Assembly (NCBI GenBank): GCA_000004985.1
Contig: GG738881.1
Length of the DNA: 64,000 bases
Direction: 5' to 3' (one strand)
Source: Naegleria gruberi
Lineage: Eukaryota
This document shows, piece by piece, positions 10,835 through 22,158 of this stretch. Below the pieces are notes generated by a model. The model made no database searches. It was not told the DNA's origin and was given only the letters and a program-made list of their open reading frames with translations. The translations under genes and the position numbers were made by a program. Position 1 is the stretch's first letter; the number at the start of each line of letters is the position of its first letter.

Positions 10835-13800
10835 CTATTTATTTTCGCAAGGTTCAATTGCTGGCTTTTGCTTCTTTTTTAACTTTTGCTCATGTTTGTA
10901 TTCGATGAGTAATTTTTGATAATCGTGAGGGAAGAATCCAAATCTAATAAATTTGATAAGCAGATCAGGAAGTAAGGCAACCACACTTAGCAACATTGTC
11001 ACGAGAATGGCCTTTACACTCATGAAGGTATGATAATACACAAAGTGGAAAGTTCCCTTTCCGAAAAATACTGGAATTGGAGTATAAATTACCACAAATA
11101 CAAAATAGCTCAAGTAACTACCCCAAATCGATAAAATGATTGGAAGGCTCCACGATTTGACTGACAGAGCAAATTTGAAAGTAATAATAGTTACTGTTGT
11201 TGTGAGAACAACTGTTCCAAAGTGGAAAACATCTGATGGTCCATTCTCCAAAATATCTTCATATCCATAACAAATTAAAACTCCAAAGAAAACAATCAAA
11301 GAATGATAGGTGGCATCCAATGTCCAGAAAAGTAAGCTTCTGATATTGAATAAATTACCATGAGTTCCACTCTTTTTCAAAGTAGAGTAAATTTCTGGAT
11401 GTTGTAAAATAACTTCCTCTGGTAAATCCTTCTCAAATACTCCTGAAACAATTGGTTGGAAGAAACAGTAGATAGTATTGAACATTGTAAGAAGCCATGA
11501 TTCAAAAAATATTGTGCATGTAAATCCTGTATAAATACAGTAAAGTATCTGAGGAACCACAATCATGACATTCTTGTAAAAGTTGAAGAGTAAAAAGTCA
11601 GCATTTCTAACACAGCAATATCTTCCATGAAGAGCAATCAATCTGACTAAATTCTTAAATCTAGGGAGAGCATAGTCAGCAGAACGAGAGGCCTGAGAAC
11701 CTTCTTTTCCTTTGATACCTACACCTACAGTTGCTGCTTGAATCATTGCCACGTCATTTACACCGTCTCCAACAGCAAGAGCTTTCTTTTTCAATTTGGA
11801 TTCAATGAGCTTGACTATTCTTGCCTTTTGGAGTGGCTTTAATCTGGAACAAACTGCACAACTAATATGTTGAACAATCTTTAGGAATTGTTTTTCATAC
11901 TTTTCCAGAGCAAAATCCAATGATTTAGAATCAATCACTAATCCATACTCAAAGTGTTTGTTCTTGTGACGCTCAAGAAATTCTAAAGCAACTTTCATCT
12001 TCTTTTTGACATGTTTAGTATTGCAAGAGTCTCGTATTCTTATTTCTATTGTTTCATCTTTGTGTAAGATATTTGTAGAGTAGGCAACATTGATGGCAGT
12101 CTCTGTCTTGTCTCCTGTTAAGACCCAAATTTGAAAGCCGGCTTTGGATAAATAGGTAATAGTCTCTACTGCATTTTCTTGAAGCTTGTCCTCAATGGCT
12201 GTACATCCAATTAATTGTAAATCAATTTCCATATCAGCAGCACTGTGAATTAAAAGCTTTTCTCTATTCTTTGTTGAGAGGGTTGCCTTTGTATATGCTT
12301 CAATCCATACTTGAAATTCTTCTTCTGAAATTTCCTTTCTAGCACATACAAGAGTTCTCAAACCCTTAATTGAAAATGTTTCAAGAGCAAGTTTCAAGTC
12401 GGTGACATAATGCTTTCTAGCTCTACATCTTTTGATCATGACGCTATCAGCCCCTTTTACATAACAAATATATCTTCCTTCTGGGCTTTTAACAATTACA
12501 CACATTCTCTTTCTGTCTGATGTAAATTCAATGGTTGCAACAATGTCATAAAACTTCTTTTCTCCCATCTCATCAATTAGAACACCTGCGTTTGTTCTTT
12601 GTAACAACACAAATCCATTATTTCTGGCTGCTTCTAATAGAGCTATTTCATCTGAAGAAGGTCCATCATAAACAATACGCTCTGGGTTCTTTGGATCACG
12701 TTCAGGAATGACATTGTTATTCAATGCTAGACATAAGAGGAACTCTCTCAAAAGGTAGGCATGGTAACCAGCTGTATCAGATACAGGTGGCTCTTCCAAG
12801 CTTGGTTTGTGTTCAGTCATGTAATTCTTCATTAAACCTGGATTACGTATTTCCGAGTAGTACAACCCACCAACCCATGAATCAGAGTATTTCATTTCAT
12901 TTTGAGTGAGAGTACCTGTCTTGTCTGAAAATATCACATCCAAATTAGAAAGAGCTTGATTCATATTAGATGATTTGACTTCTGCTTTAAAGTCTCCATG
13001 CCACATTTCCTTGTCACTCTCTATCATTTTGGATTGGAAAGTTTTAATAATTTCCAAACCAACAACCAATGACATTGGAATCATAAGATTTAACAAAATG
13101 AAACAAGTAACCCATGTGGACATGACAGATGTAAAGGAAGCAGGTGCGGAACTAACTGGTCTTAAATAGAATGCTTTGATTTGATAATTATCTTGGAATA
13201 ATCCATAAAATGCAGCCACAATAGCGCAAATAATTTGCTGTAAGATTAAAAGGAATACTAAAATTTTGTTCAATGTAATGTCCAAGTCGTTTCTCTTTTG
13301 TTTGTTCTCTTTCAAGTTCTTTAAAATCTTGGTGTGATTACCCACATAAATAGCAATACCATAAATATGTTTTGTGTTCTTCAGCACACATCCTCTGAGA
13401 AGTAGATTATCCATAGTCATAGCTTCCTTTTGAGTTAATTTTTGATCCCCTACTTTTGCTTTCAGTTTGATGTTGCCTTCAAAAGTATCCAAGTTGCTGT
13501 TAGGAAGTTCAACCTTCAGTTGACCATCCAAATCACTCAAACTTTTGTGAATGGTATGTTCTGGAATATCGTGCAAGAATTTTCCAGCTTTAAGAGATCG
13601 TCTCGTTTTCAGATTTGTTTCGCCGTCCAGATTCGCCGTCTCTACATAGCACATATCATCCTCTCTTGAGGAGTGTATACACAACAAATCGGAAGGGAAT
13701 GTTTCTTCCTTGCTTACAAGTACAATTTCTCCTATTTCTACATCCTTGACTCTAATTTCAACCACCTGACCACCTCTAATTACTCTACACTTTTCATTGT

Positions 13801-15853
13801 TAGCTTTTCTGTCTTGTCTATAACGTTGAAGATCTTCAATGGCGTCCTTAAACATTTGAATCATTACAATTACAATAAGTGGAATAATGGAGGTAGCTGG
13901 TGATACTGGAGAAATATCAGGAAGTAATACTGCAATAACTGATATTAAAAAATAAATATTGGTAACCTTTTTGAATTGTTCAAAAAGGTTTTTTGGAATA
14001 AAGGTTAACAAAGTATACTTTGTTGTTCTGACATAGTTTGTAGGCCATGACTTTCTATTATTTTTGTTTTCTTCTCGGTTGTTTACATAAATTCTCTCAA
14101 ATTGCTTTTTAGAATCTTCAGTTTTGGTGGTAGTTTCAGTTATTGTTGGAGGTGCTGTGACAACAGATTCGTCCTCGTCATCACTAAATCCCTCTTCTTC
14201 TGCTTTTCGCAATTGTTTAACAATATTCTTATTAACAATATCTTTTACAGGTTTCATGCTCAAATAATCATTGACATTGTACGAGTCGACTTGTCTTGGC
14301 CTTTCTTTGGAATTTTCAATCATGGCCATATCAGTTTTCTTAACCACAAAATCATCCTCAGCTTCTTGAGCATCTTCAACATAGAGTGATTCCTCTCTGA
14401 TGTGATTAACATATCTTGGTTTTCGTTTTGGAGGCTCCATTACAGATGGTAAATCGATACTTGAACCTGGTAAGCTCATTGGTGAGGAATAAACAACTGG
14501 TTGTGGAACAATTCCAGTTTCAAAAACTGAATCTGTAGTATTGATTTTCAAAGGACTTCGTTTTTCAACAAGTGGAGACTCGTGGAGTTCCAAAGTCTTC
14601 TTGGAATTGCCTTTTCTAAATGTCTTTTTCTTTGCAGCTTTTAATTCTCTATCTTCCTCATCACTACTGCTAAATCCAAGTTCCTTGGATGTCATGTGAA
14701 GAGGTGTCTTTGACTCCTTTCCATTGCTATCCAAATTAGAAACTCCTTCAATTTCTGTGACATGAATATTCTTATTGTCAGAAGAAACGATAATTTTGCT
14801 TTGTTTGAGACGACCAATTTGAGAAGTAACTTCCACATCTTCATCTTTAGAAAAGTAACGAGAAGGAATCCTCTTCCATCTTTCGGAAAGTAGTGAAGGA
14901 TCATTTCCATAAATTAATGCCATATCATCCTGAGTCTTGCTGTTGTAAATAGATCCAACTCTACTGTTTCTTCTATTATAGGATTTTCTCCAAGCTTCAA
15001 GCAATTGATCATCATCAAACTTGAAATTTGATTGACCACTTCTCGATGTTGTAGTGGTTGTTGTTGTGGTAAAGGTAGAAGTTTCGTCGGTATTTGTATC
15101 TACTCTGAATACAGGAGGATAAATAGGAATGTGATTGTTGGTGGTATTGTTATTTGTACTGTTTGTGTTAATAATAGTAGAAGGCTGTTTAGTTGATGTT
15201 TTCTCAACAGAAGATACCAAATTTAAGTTTGGTGAAGCAATCTTTTCTTCATCTGTAATAATTCTACTAATTCTGTGCAGTTGACTATTGTCTAAACTCA
15301 CTCTGTTTAATTGTTTCGATGGAGTCAATGAAGCAGAGGGTGGATTCGCACTTGATTGCTTTCTTGGAGGAGTTGTTGATAAATTGTCTTGTCGTGGTGG
15401 AAACTGGTACGTTTCCTCTTTATATGCAAATGATGAAGAAGGAATTGAGACAACAGTGTCGTTAAATGTTATTCTGGGTGATGGATTGATAATGTGATTG
15501 GGTATTGTTGTGGAAGTAGGATTCTCAGTAGCAACTGTTATTGATGCTGCAGAGTTGTTGGTAGTAGGTACTGATGAAAGTAAATTATTATCATGATGAA
15601 TATTAGAAAAGGATGTAGTTGTTGTGGAAGGTTTGGACTGTTGATGTAATATTACATCTTGGTCCTCATCTTCATCTACTAAATTTACATTGGTTCCAAC
15701 AATAATTGATGAAGTATTATGATTATATTGTTGATTATTTACATGTTCTCCATCCATTGATTCAACTTCGATATGAATTACATCCACATCCTCAGCCACA
15801 ATATTAGAATCCTCTTGATGATGATTATTAGTATCACCACTCGTATTTAGCAT
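10835..15853 (-). CDS. P4-type ATPase (phospholipid-transporting flippase, Drs2/ATP8-like), 1672 aa, single exon, with a ~700-aa low-complexity N-terminal extension.
   Basis: ATG at 15853. P-type signatures: FSDKTGTLTQNEM (DKTGT phosphorylation site), TGDKTETAINVAYS, GDGVNDVAMIQAATVGVGIKGKEG (P4 subtype), and 10 predicted TM segments. N-terminus is rich in S/T/N runs. Confidence 0.85.
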   Translation of the reverse strand: MLNTSGDTNNHHQEDSNIVAEDVDVIHIEVESMDGEHVNNQQYNHNTSSIIVGTNVNLVDEDEDQDVILHQQSKPSTTTTSFSNIHHDNNLLSSVPTTNNSAASITVATENPTSTTIPNHIINPSPRITFNDTVVSIPSSSFAYKEETYQFPPRQDNLSTTPPRKQSSANPPSASLTPSKQLNRVSLDNSQLHRISRIITDEEKIASPNLNLVSSVEKTSTKQPSTIINTNSTNNNTTNNHIPIYPPVFRVDTNTDETSTFTTTTTTTTSRSGQSNFKFDDDQLLEAWRKSYNRRNSRVGSIYNSKTQDDMALIYGNDPSLLSERWKRIPSRYFSKDEDVEVTSQIGRLKQSKIIVSSDNKNIHVTEIEGVSNLDSNGKESKTPLHMTSKELGFSSSDEEDRELKAAKKKTFRKGNSKKTLELHESPLVEKRSPLKINTTDSVFETGIVPQPVVYSSPMSLPGSSIDLPSVMEPPKRKPRYVNHIREESLYVEDAQEAEDDFVVKKTDMAMIENSKERPRQVDSYNVNDYLSMKPVKDIVNKNIVKQLRKAEEEGFSDDEDESVVTAPPTITETTTKTEDSKKQFERIYVNNREENKNNRKSWPTNYVRTTKYTLLTFIPKNLFEQFKKVTNIYFLISVIAVLLPDISPVSPATSIIPLIVIVMIQMFKDAIEDLQRYRQDRKANNEKCRVIRGGQVVEIRVKDVEIGEIVLVSKEETFPSDLLCIHSSREDDMCYVETANLDGETNLKTRRSLKAGKFLHDIPEHTIHKSLSDLDGQLKVELPNSNLDTFEGNIKLKAKVGDQKLTQKEAMTMDNLLLRGCVLKNTKHIYGIAIYVGNHTKILKNLKENKQKRNDLDITLNKILVFLLILQQIICAIVAAFYGLFQDNYQIKAFYLRPVSSAPASFTSVMSTWVTCFILLNLMIPMSLVVGLEIIKTFQSKMIESDKEMWHGDFKAEVKSSNMNQALSNLDVIFSDKTGTLTQNEMKYSDSWVGGLYYSEIRNPGLMKNYMTEHKPSLEEPPVSDTAGYHAYLLREFLLCLALNNNVIPERDPKNPERIVYDGPSSDEIALLEAARNNGFVLLQRTNAGVLIDEMGEKKFYDIVATIEFTSDRKRMCVIVKSPEGRYICYVKGADSVMIKRCRARKHYVTDLKLALETFSIKGLRTLVCARKEISEEEFQVWIEAYTKATLSTKNREKLLIHSAADMEIDLQLIGCTAIEDKLQENAVETITYLSKAGFQIWVLTGDKTETAINVAYSTNILHKDETIEIRIRDSCNTKHVKKKMKVALEFLERHKNKHFEYGLVIDSKSLDFALEKYEKQFLKIVQHISCAVCSRLKPLQKARIVKLIESKLKKKALAVGDGVNDVAMIQAATVGVGIKGKEGSQASRSADYALPRFKNLVRLIALHGRYCCVRNADFLLFNFYKNVMIVVPQILYCIYTGFTCTIFFESWLLTMFNTIYCFFQPIVSGVFEKDLPEEVILQHPEIYSTLKKSGTHGNLFNIRSLLFWTLDATYHSLIVFFGVLICYGYEDILENGPSDVFHFGTVVLTTTVTIITFKFALSVKSWSLPIILSIWGSYLSYFVFVVIYTPIPVFFGKGTFHFVYYHTFMSVKAILVTMLLSVVALLPDLLIKFIRFGFFPHDYQKLLIEYKHEQKLKKKQKPAIEPCENK

Positions 15854-16496
15854 ATTGATGATGATAATGAATATTAAAGAATAAATAAATTATTAAATAG
15901 TAATATATATATAAATATAATAGTTCAAAATTGATGCATCCCGTGTAAACACTTTCACAATATTCTTCTTGTTGAAATATATATTATACAAAAGAGTTTT
16001 CCAAACCCCGAAAGTAGTAGCAACAACAAATAATCGCAGCGAAATTTTTCGAGTATGTGTTCTTGAGAGTTGTTGGTTACCCTTGTTCTTCGTTCTACTT
16101 TTCTATTAATAAAAATAATATCAGAAATTTGTGTTGCTGTTGGTTTTTGGATCTTTTGCAAAACACCAAATGGAAGGACACTACAAGTCTGGTCAATACA
16201 ATTTCTTGAGTTTGTTTTGATGGCAATATAGCCGAAGAAAGTATGAAGGCTTCAATGACTGTTTGTCTTTTTATTTCGGAAAGATTTGTGTTTTTTACTG
16301 TAATATGAAGAATTCATCATCCACTACAAGAGGAAACAGTAAGTGCATGCAACACTTGAACGACAAGGACGCTAAGCAATTAATTGCTGGTGGTGGACAT
16401 TGGAGGACTACAACAAATTTACGCGATTAAACAATCGAACGAATAGGCTCTGTTGTGTTTTGTGTTACTCATTCCATTCTAGGTAATCTTGATAAT

Positions 16497-17564
16497 TCAA
16501 AGGAATTCTTTTACTTTTTCGTATGTGGCAAATACAGCTGCATTTACAATGACGGCTCTGAGAATGGCTGATTTATATCCTTGATAGAAACCTGACAATC
16601 CCATTTCATTGTAGATTCGCTTAGTCATTCCCCAACTGGAAATGAAATTTGTTTCAATTGGTTGTTTTTGAGTAGGAGCTTTGAGAATGGATTCAATCTG
16701 TATTCTGGTTTTTATCAAATCAATAGGAAACATGATTGTCCAGAATGCAAAACCACCAACTCCACCTCCAATCAAGGAATGAATGGTTTGAGGATGATTC
16801 ATTGAGGATTTCTCGAGGAAACGTAAAGTAGCTTCGTAGGCAGCAAAATAGATTGCCAATCCAGATTCTCTGAAGGTAGTAATGGCAAAACCTCTATTGA
16901 TGGATTTATAGAAACTAAGAGAGGACTGAATTTGACCGAAGAGTGAATTACTGTATTTGTAATTCGTTTGGTGTTGCCTAAAAAGGTGTTGTGTTAAATC
17001 TTTAAGACCCCTGAACCTGTGTGAAGCATCTGCTTGTAAATTACATTTGAGGAACTCTGTTGGTGTTGTCACAAATGAACCGACAATACCAGACAATGCT
17101 CCAGCAGCTGCAATTTTCCATAGGGGAAGCACTTCAACACTATTTCCTTTGAGATATTGTTTAGTTTCATTGTATACTCCAAATTCTACAGAGTTTAAAA
17201 TACATGCTCCAATTAATGGACTTGTCTATTTATCAAATTTGATCAATCCTTAATCAATTAAGAACAATGTCACTCTACTCACCCATCCTTTGTATAATCC
17301 ACCAATTCCTTTTGTTTTAACAATATTCCTAAATACTTGTGAAATTGAAAAGTGTGAATTTCCTGCTGTTGCAGTGGTTGACATGGTTTGCAATTTAACT
17401 TTGATGGTATCTAATGGATGACCAGATAACACCTGGGTAACACCACCAAAACAACCTGCAACCCATTCCTTTGTGTGGAATCTAGTACTACTTCCGGTAA
17501 CACCACCAACAGATGATGAATTGATAGTTGTTGATTCAGACATTTTATTTGAGTAATTTTCCAT
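16497..17564 (-). CDS. Mitochondrial carrier family (SLC25) protein, carnitine/acylcarnitine- or ornithine-carrier-like; 2 exons: 17564-17283 and 17225-16497.
   Basis: Exon 1 contains GHPLDTIKVKLQ (carrier signature Px[DE]xx[KR]) and ends ...GGLYKGW | GTGAGTAG. A 57-nt intron ends aaatag. Exon 2 begins TSPLIGACILNSVEFGVYNETKQYL... and has two more carrier repeats (PTEFLKCNLQ, PIDLIKTRIQ). Phase 0 at both ends. Confidence 0.8.
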
Positions 17565-17785
17565 ATTGCAAACTCACAATTCAATCAAATTTACAAAAAT
17601 AACTTCAATCATTTTGGAAGCAATCTACTGAAATCATTTCATCCAAATTCCTTTTTCATATTGATCAATATGACAGAACATACTTTGTATTGTTGAGGAC
17701 GAAATTATTTGTTTTGATTTGTGGTTAGTTGCTTGGTGAAGAACAACATACCAACATCAAACATTTCTAAAAAAAAACAGCCAGA

Positions 17786-18421
17786 ATGAATACTGATAAT
17801 CAAGGAGAGTATTATAGGAGGAGAGTTTCTATTAAACAAAGGGATCAACTTGTAAAAAGAATACGTTCCGAATCTAGTTGTTGTCATTTCCATAGTAGAG
17901 CAACAACTAGAAAAAGAGCTTTTTACAATTTTCAAAACAATATTGAATATTATGTTAACTGCATGGACATACGTTATAATGAAGATATACACTCCCTGCT
18001 TGATGCTATCAAGCTGTTTCGAGAGTATGTTCTTACTGGGTTTCCAGTAGAGTTGTTCGAGCTGTCTGGCAAGTGGTTAAACACCACAAAGGTGGCAAGA
18101 TATTTCAACATCACTGGTCTTGATGGACAGAACTATGTAGAAGGGTTTCCAGAATTAAAATTGACTGATTTGAGAAATTTGCAGACCAATGTTTGTAATC
18201 TAATGTTGCAAGCTTTAAAAGATGGTGTGAAATTTTCATTTGGAACAATTTCTGCAAGTCTAGTCGATTTATTCCATGAGATCAAGGAGAGTTTTGAACT
18301 CTTCATGAATATTAATAATTCCTGCATGCAGGTCGATCAACTAGCCCCAAAGATATCAACTATTATGGCTCATGCAAAAAAAAGAAATTCAGAATCTTTC
18401 CATTTAAAAAGTAAGTTGTGA
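17786..18421 (+). CDS. Hypothetical protein (211 aa); no recognisable domain.
   Basis: ORF with ATG in a cagccagaATG context. It lies in the gap between the carrier gene and the downstream gene. May be spliced to ORF 18668-19042. Confidence 0.3.
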   Translation: MNTDNQGEYYRRRVSIKQRDQLVKRIRSESSCCHFHSRATTRKRAFYNFQNNIEYYVNCMDIRYNEDIHSLLDAIKLFREYVLTGFPVELFELSGKWLNTTKVARYFNITGLDGQNYVEGFPELKLTDLRNLQTNVCNLMLQALKDGVKFSFGTISASLVDLFHEIKESFELFMNINNSCMQVDQLAPKISTIMAHAKKRNSESFHLKSKL

Positions 18422-18667
18422 TGGATTCCTTTTGATTTACCTGGGCTAATGTCATTTTTCAAGTATTGGACTTATTTTGTAATAACATTGATATTTTCAA
18501 TGGTTTACCAACTGAATATCTCAAGAATTTGATACCATACACCTTTGATGTTAATTATTTTTTTTTCGTAAAATTATGGTGGTATTGCATTAATTCATCT
18601 GAAGTCCAACAAGAAAGAATAGAATTTTTATTCAATATGAAAGCTCTTCATTGATGTATTATCACAT

Positions 18668-19042
18668 TTGATAGAAAAAAAGAATGGTATCCAACTGGTT
18701 ATTGAAACTGAATGTTTTCCCAATTATTTTCAATCCCTTTTTGAAGGACAAATTACTTCAAGTTACGAAAGCAAATTTAATCTGATTTTAGGTAAAATAA
18801 TTGGAAAAGGAAAAAGGCAACACCTTATTAAAATACTCAATTATAGAAACAAAATGGGAGAGAGCTATATCCTTCACTACATTAGAAAGAAATCCACGAA
18901 TGAGTCTTTTCCAACGTTTAACCAGGTATTCACTAAAGCTTTTCAAGATATTCACAAATTGGATTTGGCTGATTTTGATGCACCAAAAGAAAAGCAAATT
19001 GTTGCTAGCTCGAATGAGGTTAATTGTGGTCGTTATCAATAA
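18668..19042 (+). CDS. Hypothetical protein (124 aa), possibly a downstream exon of the preceding gene.
   Basis: ORF only. Confidence 0.2.
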   Translation: MIEKKNGIQLVIETECFPNYFQSLFEGQITSSYESKFNLILGKIIGKGKRQHLIKILNYRNKMGESYILHYIRKKSTNESFPTFNQVFTKAFQDIHKLDLADFDAPKEKQIVASSNEVNCGRYQ

Positions 19043-19219
19043 ACAAAAATATATAAAGCTACTTGATGTATCTTCCTTTTAAATTGGACCATTTCCACAC
19101 TCCTATTCCATTGTAAAATCAAGTAATTTTCCATTCTTGAACAAGAAAGTTTGTGTTTGACGCGATTGACAAAAAATTTGGCGGTTTAAAGTTCGAAAAA
19201 ATTCAAACACACAAAAAAA

Positions 19220-20809
19220 ATGAGCAACAACAAACGCTGGATACAATATACTCCCGATAATACTTCTAGTAGATCCCTTTCATTGCCTACTAATCCCTTG
19301 CAGATTTCTGTTAATAACAGCAGGAAGGTTAAAAAAGAGCAGAAACAAACAATTTTAAATTGTTCTTCATCATCAAACAATTTTATAATGCAGCCAAGCC
19401 TCGATAAGGTTTTAATTTCCATGTTAACGTACAAGGATGGTTCGTGGAAGCCGACAACACACAAATGGGAGTATCATCCTTCCGAATGTAAAGAAGTGAT
19501 TCATTGCTGTATTGATGAGCTGGGGACAAATAATAATCAAATTGTGAAAATTGGATTTGATTTGTGGAATTTTTATGATGTGGATGTAATTGCCTTCTTT
19601 AATATTGATGGACAAGAAATGAAAAAATCATTGTGTCCAATAGTACGTGCTAATGGACAGACTTTCAGGGCAACAGCTTTTTTTGAAGAAACAGATTGGC
19701 ATTCAATTTGTATAAAACAAAGCGATTTGGCTGAAGATCCTGACGATATTGATTTTGAAAAGTTAAATTCAGCAGGAAAAATTATAGTTAAGGTCTTTAA
19801 ATTTGCATTTGAAACAGTACTATCGGATTCGAATATAGAGTATGACCAAACCAATACGAAATTGAATGGAGTGAAATGTAAATTAAATAGTGATAAGGGT
19901 GAAATATCTGTTACTAAAGGAGAGAAAATTGAAAATGCCAATGTAACAGTACGAGGATATCCTGACTGTTCACAATTATTGAAAGTTTTTGAGATTAATT
20001 ATCATACTCCAGGAAAATATCAAATGTTAACATCAAATAAGAAGTTAAATGAAAACAGGAGCATGCCAACACCTGGTGGAAATAACATGTTTAGTTTGGC
20101 AACCACAAGAACTGCTCAGCAATCCAACCCAGGTACTCCAGGCTCAGGATCTCAGGCTGGCAGTTCCACTTCACATACTCCACAACCAGTTGTTTCAGAA
20201 CAACCAACCATCACACCTCTCATCGCCACTAATACAGTCACACAAGCAACTACCTCAACCATTCCTTCTACTCCTCTCACAGTAGCTACTGCTGCAATTA
20301 CATCACCAACACTTCAAACCTCCAATAGTCCAACACCAAGCAAGGATACTCCCTCAATGAAACAGGCTACACTTGACAAACTACAACCAAAGAGAAAAGA
20401 GATTGAGGTAATTGTACTTGACTCAGATGATGAAGATGATTTGGACAATTCAGAACAATCTGGTTGTGATTCGAAAGTTATTGAACCAGAACCAAAGAAG
20501 TTAAAACCCTCAACTAGCCAAACTCAAACTGTTCCAAGTCTCTTTAAACCACTGAAAAAGGATGTATCTATGGAAGAAGTTTGTGCCAAATACAGTTTGG
20601 TGGAAGTACAAACTATGACATGTGAACAACTAGAAGAATTTATTTCCAAGGCTTTAGGATCTAAAAAATACCAATTTGATCTTAGTATTTTTGAGATGAA
20701 TGGAATTGATGGAAATGTGTACATTACAAATTTTTCAGAACTTTCAGAGATGGGACTAGAAAAAGAATTGATACAAGAAATGGAGAAAATATTAAATATT
20801 CTGAAATAA
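19220..20809 (+). CDS. Ser/Thr/Pro-rich protein with a C-terminal SAM-like domain (529 aa).
   Basis: ATG with acaaaaaaaATG context. Central mucin-like stretch (TPGSGSQAGSSTSHTPQPVVSEQPTITPLIATNTVTQATTSTIPSTP...). C-terminal ~70 aa (EEVCAKYSLVEVQTMTCEQLEEFISKAL...FEMNGIDGNVYITNFSELSEMGL) fits a SAM-fold pattern. An acidic DSDDEDD tract precedes it. Confidence 0.5.
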   Translation: MSNNKRWIQYTPDNTSSRSLSLPTNPLQISVNNSRKVKKEQKQTILNCSSSSNNFIMQPSLDKVLISMLTYKDGSWKPTTHKWEYHPSECKEVIHCCIDELGTNNNQIVKIGFDLWNFYDVDVIAFFNIDGQEMKKSLCPIVRANGQTFRATAFFEETDWHSICIKQSDLAEDPDDIDFEKLNSAGKIIVKVFKFAFETVLSDSNIEYDQTNTKLNGVKCKLNSDKGEISVTKGEKIENANVTVRGYPDCSQLLKVFEINYHTPGKYQMLTSNKKLNENRSMPTPGGNNMFSLATTRTAQQSNPGTPGSGSQAGSSTSHTPQPVVSEQPTITPLIATNTVTQATTSTIPSTPLTVATAAITSPTLQTSNSPTPSKDTPSMKQATLDKLQPKRKEIEVIVLDSDDEDDLDNSEQSGCDSKVIEPEPKKLKPSTSQTQTVPSLFKPLKKDVSMEEVCAKYSLVEVQTMTCEQLEEFISKALGSKKYQFDLSIFEMNGIDGNVYITNFSELSEMGLEKELIQEMEKILNILK

Positions 20810-20890
20810 TTTCATGTTGTGGTCTAATTGGTCTAACATTATATCAAAATGATAAAAGAAAATGATCTATTCTTAAAAATTCTGAATAAT

Positions 20891-21802
20891 TTATCGTTCA
20901 TAAGTCATCATTTCATATCCATATTGTGGGAATTTAGCATCCTTTCCTACTGATCTATGAGAAATATTTCCCTGTCTTGTTTGTGGGGCAGAATATGTCT
21001 TTGTTTTAGGTTGATTAAAATCGGATGGCTTTTTGACAGTTCCTGTAGTTTGTTTTTCCCAAGCTTGATCTTGAAGCAATTCTTCTTGTGCCTTCCTTGA
21101 ATTCCAATCATTCATTTCCAAATAAACTTTAGCTTCATCGATTGTAATATTATGATTTTTGGAGAAGGTTGTAACCATCAACTGACGTTGTCTTTCAGTT
21201 TGAATTCTTGTTTCTTCCAAATCATAATTCTTTTTAATTAAACTTGGATCACATTTTGGAATGAGAAGAGTTGTTCCTTCATATAAATCCAAATCATCAC
21301 ACAATAAAGTATTCAGCATTTTGATATCCTCTTCGTGACAGTGATAACGTAATGCTAACTTCATCAATGTATCAGTGTGTCTATTCAATTGATGGACAAA
21401 ATATGGCTTTTCTTCTTCAACTGTTGTTTGTGCATTTTGTTGTTGTGGTTGTTGAGGAATTTGTTGTTGAGCAGTTGTTTGATTCTGATAATAGTACATT
21501 TGTTGTTGTTGAGGAGTAACATACATTACATTTCCATGAGCTGATACAGGATACATGACATTCGTATGTTGTGGCATGATATAAATTGGTGTAATATTGG
21601 ATTGTTGGCGTGGGCCATTCGTTAAATTAATAATAGGCTGTTGAATATATTGTGGTTGAATTGATGATGATGATGAGATTAAATACTCTGGAATGGTCGG
21701 ATACATTGAATCCGTTTGATAGTTATTATGCTCGGCAAGTGGTGGTGCGCTAGCTGGTTTGCTTCCGTGTTGATCAACATTGGTGGTTTGTACCTTGACC
21801 AT
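20891..21802 (-). CDS. LysM-domain protein (LYSMD-like) with Gln-rich N-terminal region and a UBA-like C-terminus (303 aa).
   Basis: ATG at 21802. YFVHQLNRHTDTLMKLALRYHCHEEDIKMLNTLLCDDLDLYEGTTLLIP matches the LysM consensus (Y.V..GDTL..IA.kY....eeL...N.l.....l..Gq.L.IP). Poly-Q/QQP tract upstream. C-terminal ...ITIDEAKVYLEMNDWNSRKAQEEL is UBA-like. Confidence 0.55.
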   Translation of the reverse strand: MVKVQTTNVDQHGSKPASAPPLAEHNNYQTDSMYPTIPEYLISSSSSIQPQYIQQPIINLTNGPRQQSNITPIYIMPQHTNVMYPVSAHGNVMYVTPQQQQMYYYQNQTTAQQQIPQQPQQQNAQTTVEEEKPYFVHQLNRHTDTLMKLALRYHCHEEDIKMLNTLLCDDLDLYEGTTLLIPKCDPSLIKKNYDLEETRIQTERQRQLMVTTFSKNHNITIDEAKVYLEMNDWNSRKAQEELLQDQAWEKQTTGTVKKPSDFNQPKTKTYSAPQTRQGNISHRSVGKDAKFPQYGYEMMTYER

Positions 21803-22158
21803 TTTTCAAAGGTTTGTTTTGTTTGTTATTTACAAGAGAGGTTTGGAGAGTTTTTTTTTATTTTTAAAATTTAAAAGTTGATGGAGAATTTAAGCTAAGT
21901 CTCAATTTGTAATGACTTCTAAATACCTTCGATTTGAAAACTCCAAATTGGAGTTGAAACAGAATGATTCCGAATGAATTTTGTTAATGTTGCTGGATTG
22001 GTGAATTTAAATTTTGAAAGATTAAAAAAAATGAAATGCATTACATGTACTTGGTGTATAAAGAGTTGTTGTTTGAAAGTAATGGTTTCGAATACAATTT
22101 AAAATTAAACGAAAGTTGCGATTGACGAAACTCAAAAAATGGAAATGGAAAGAAAAAA

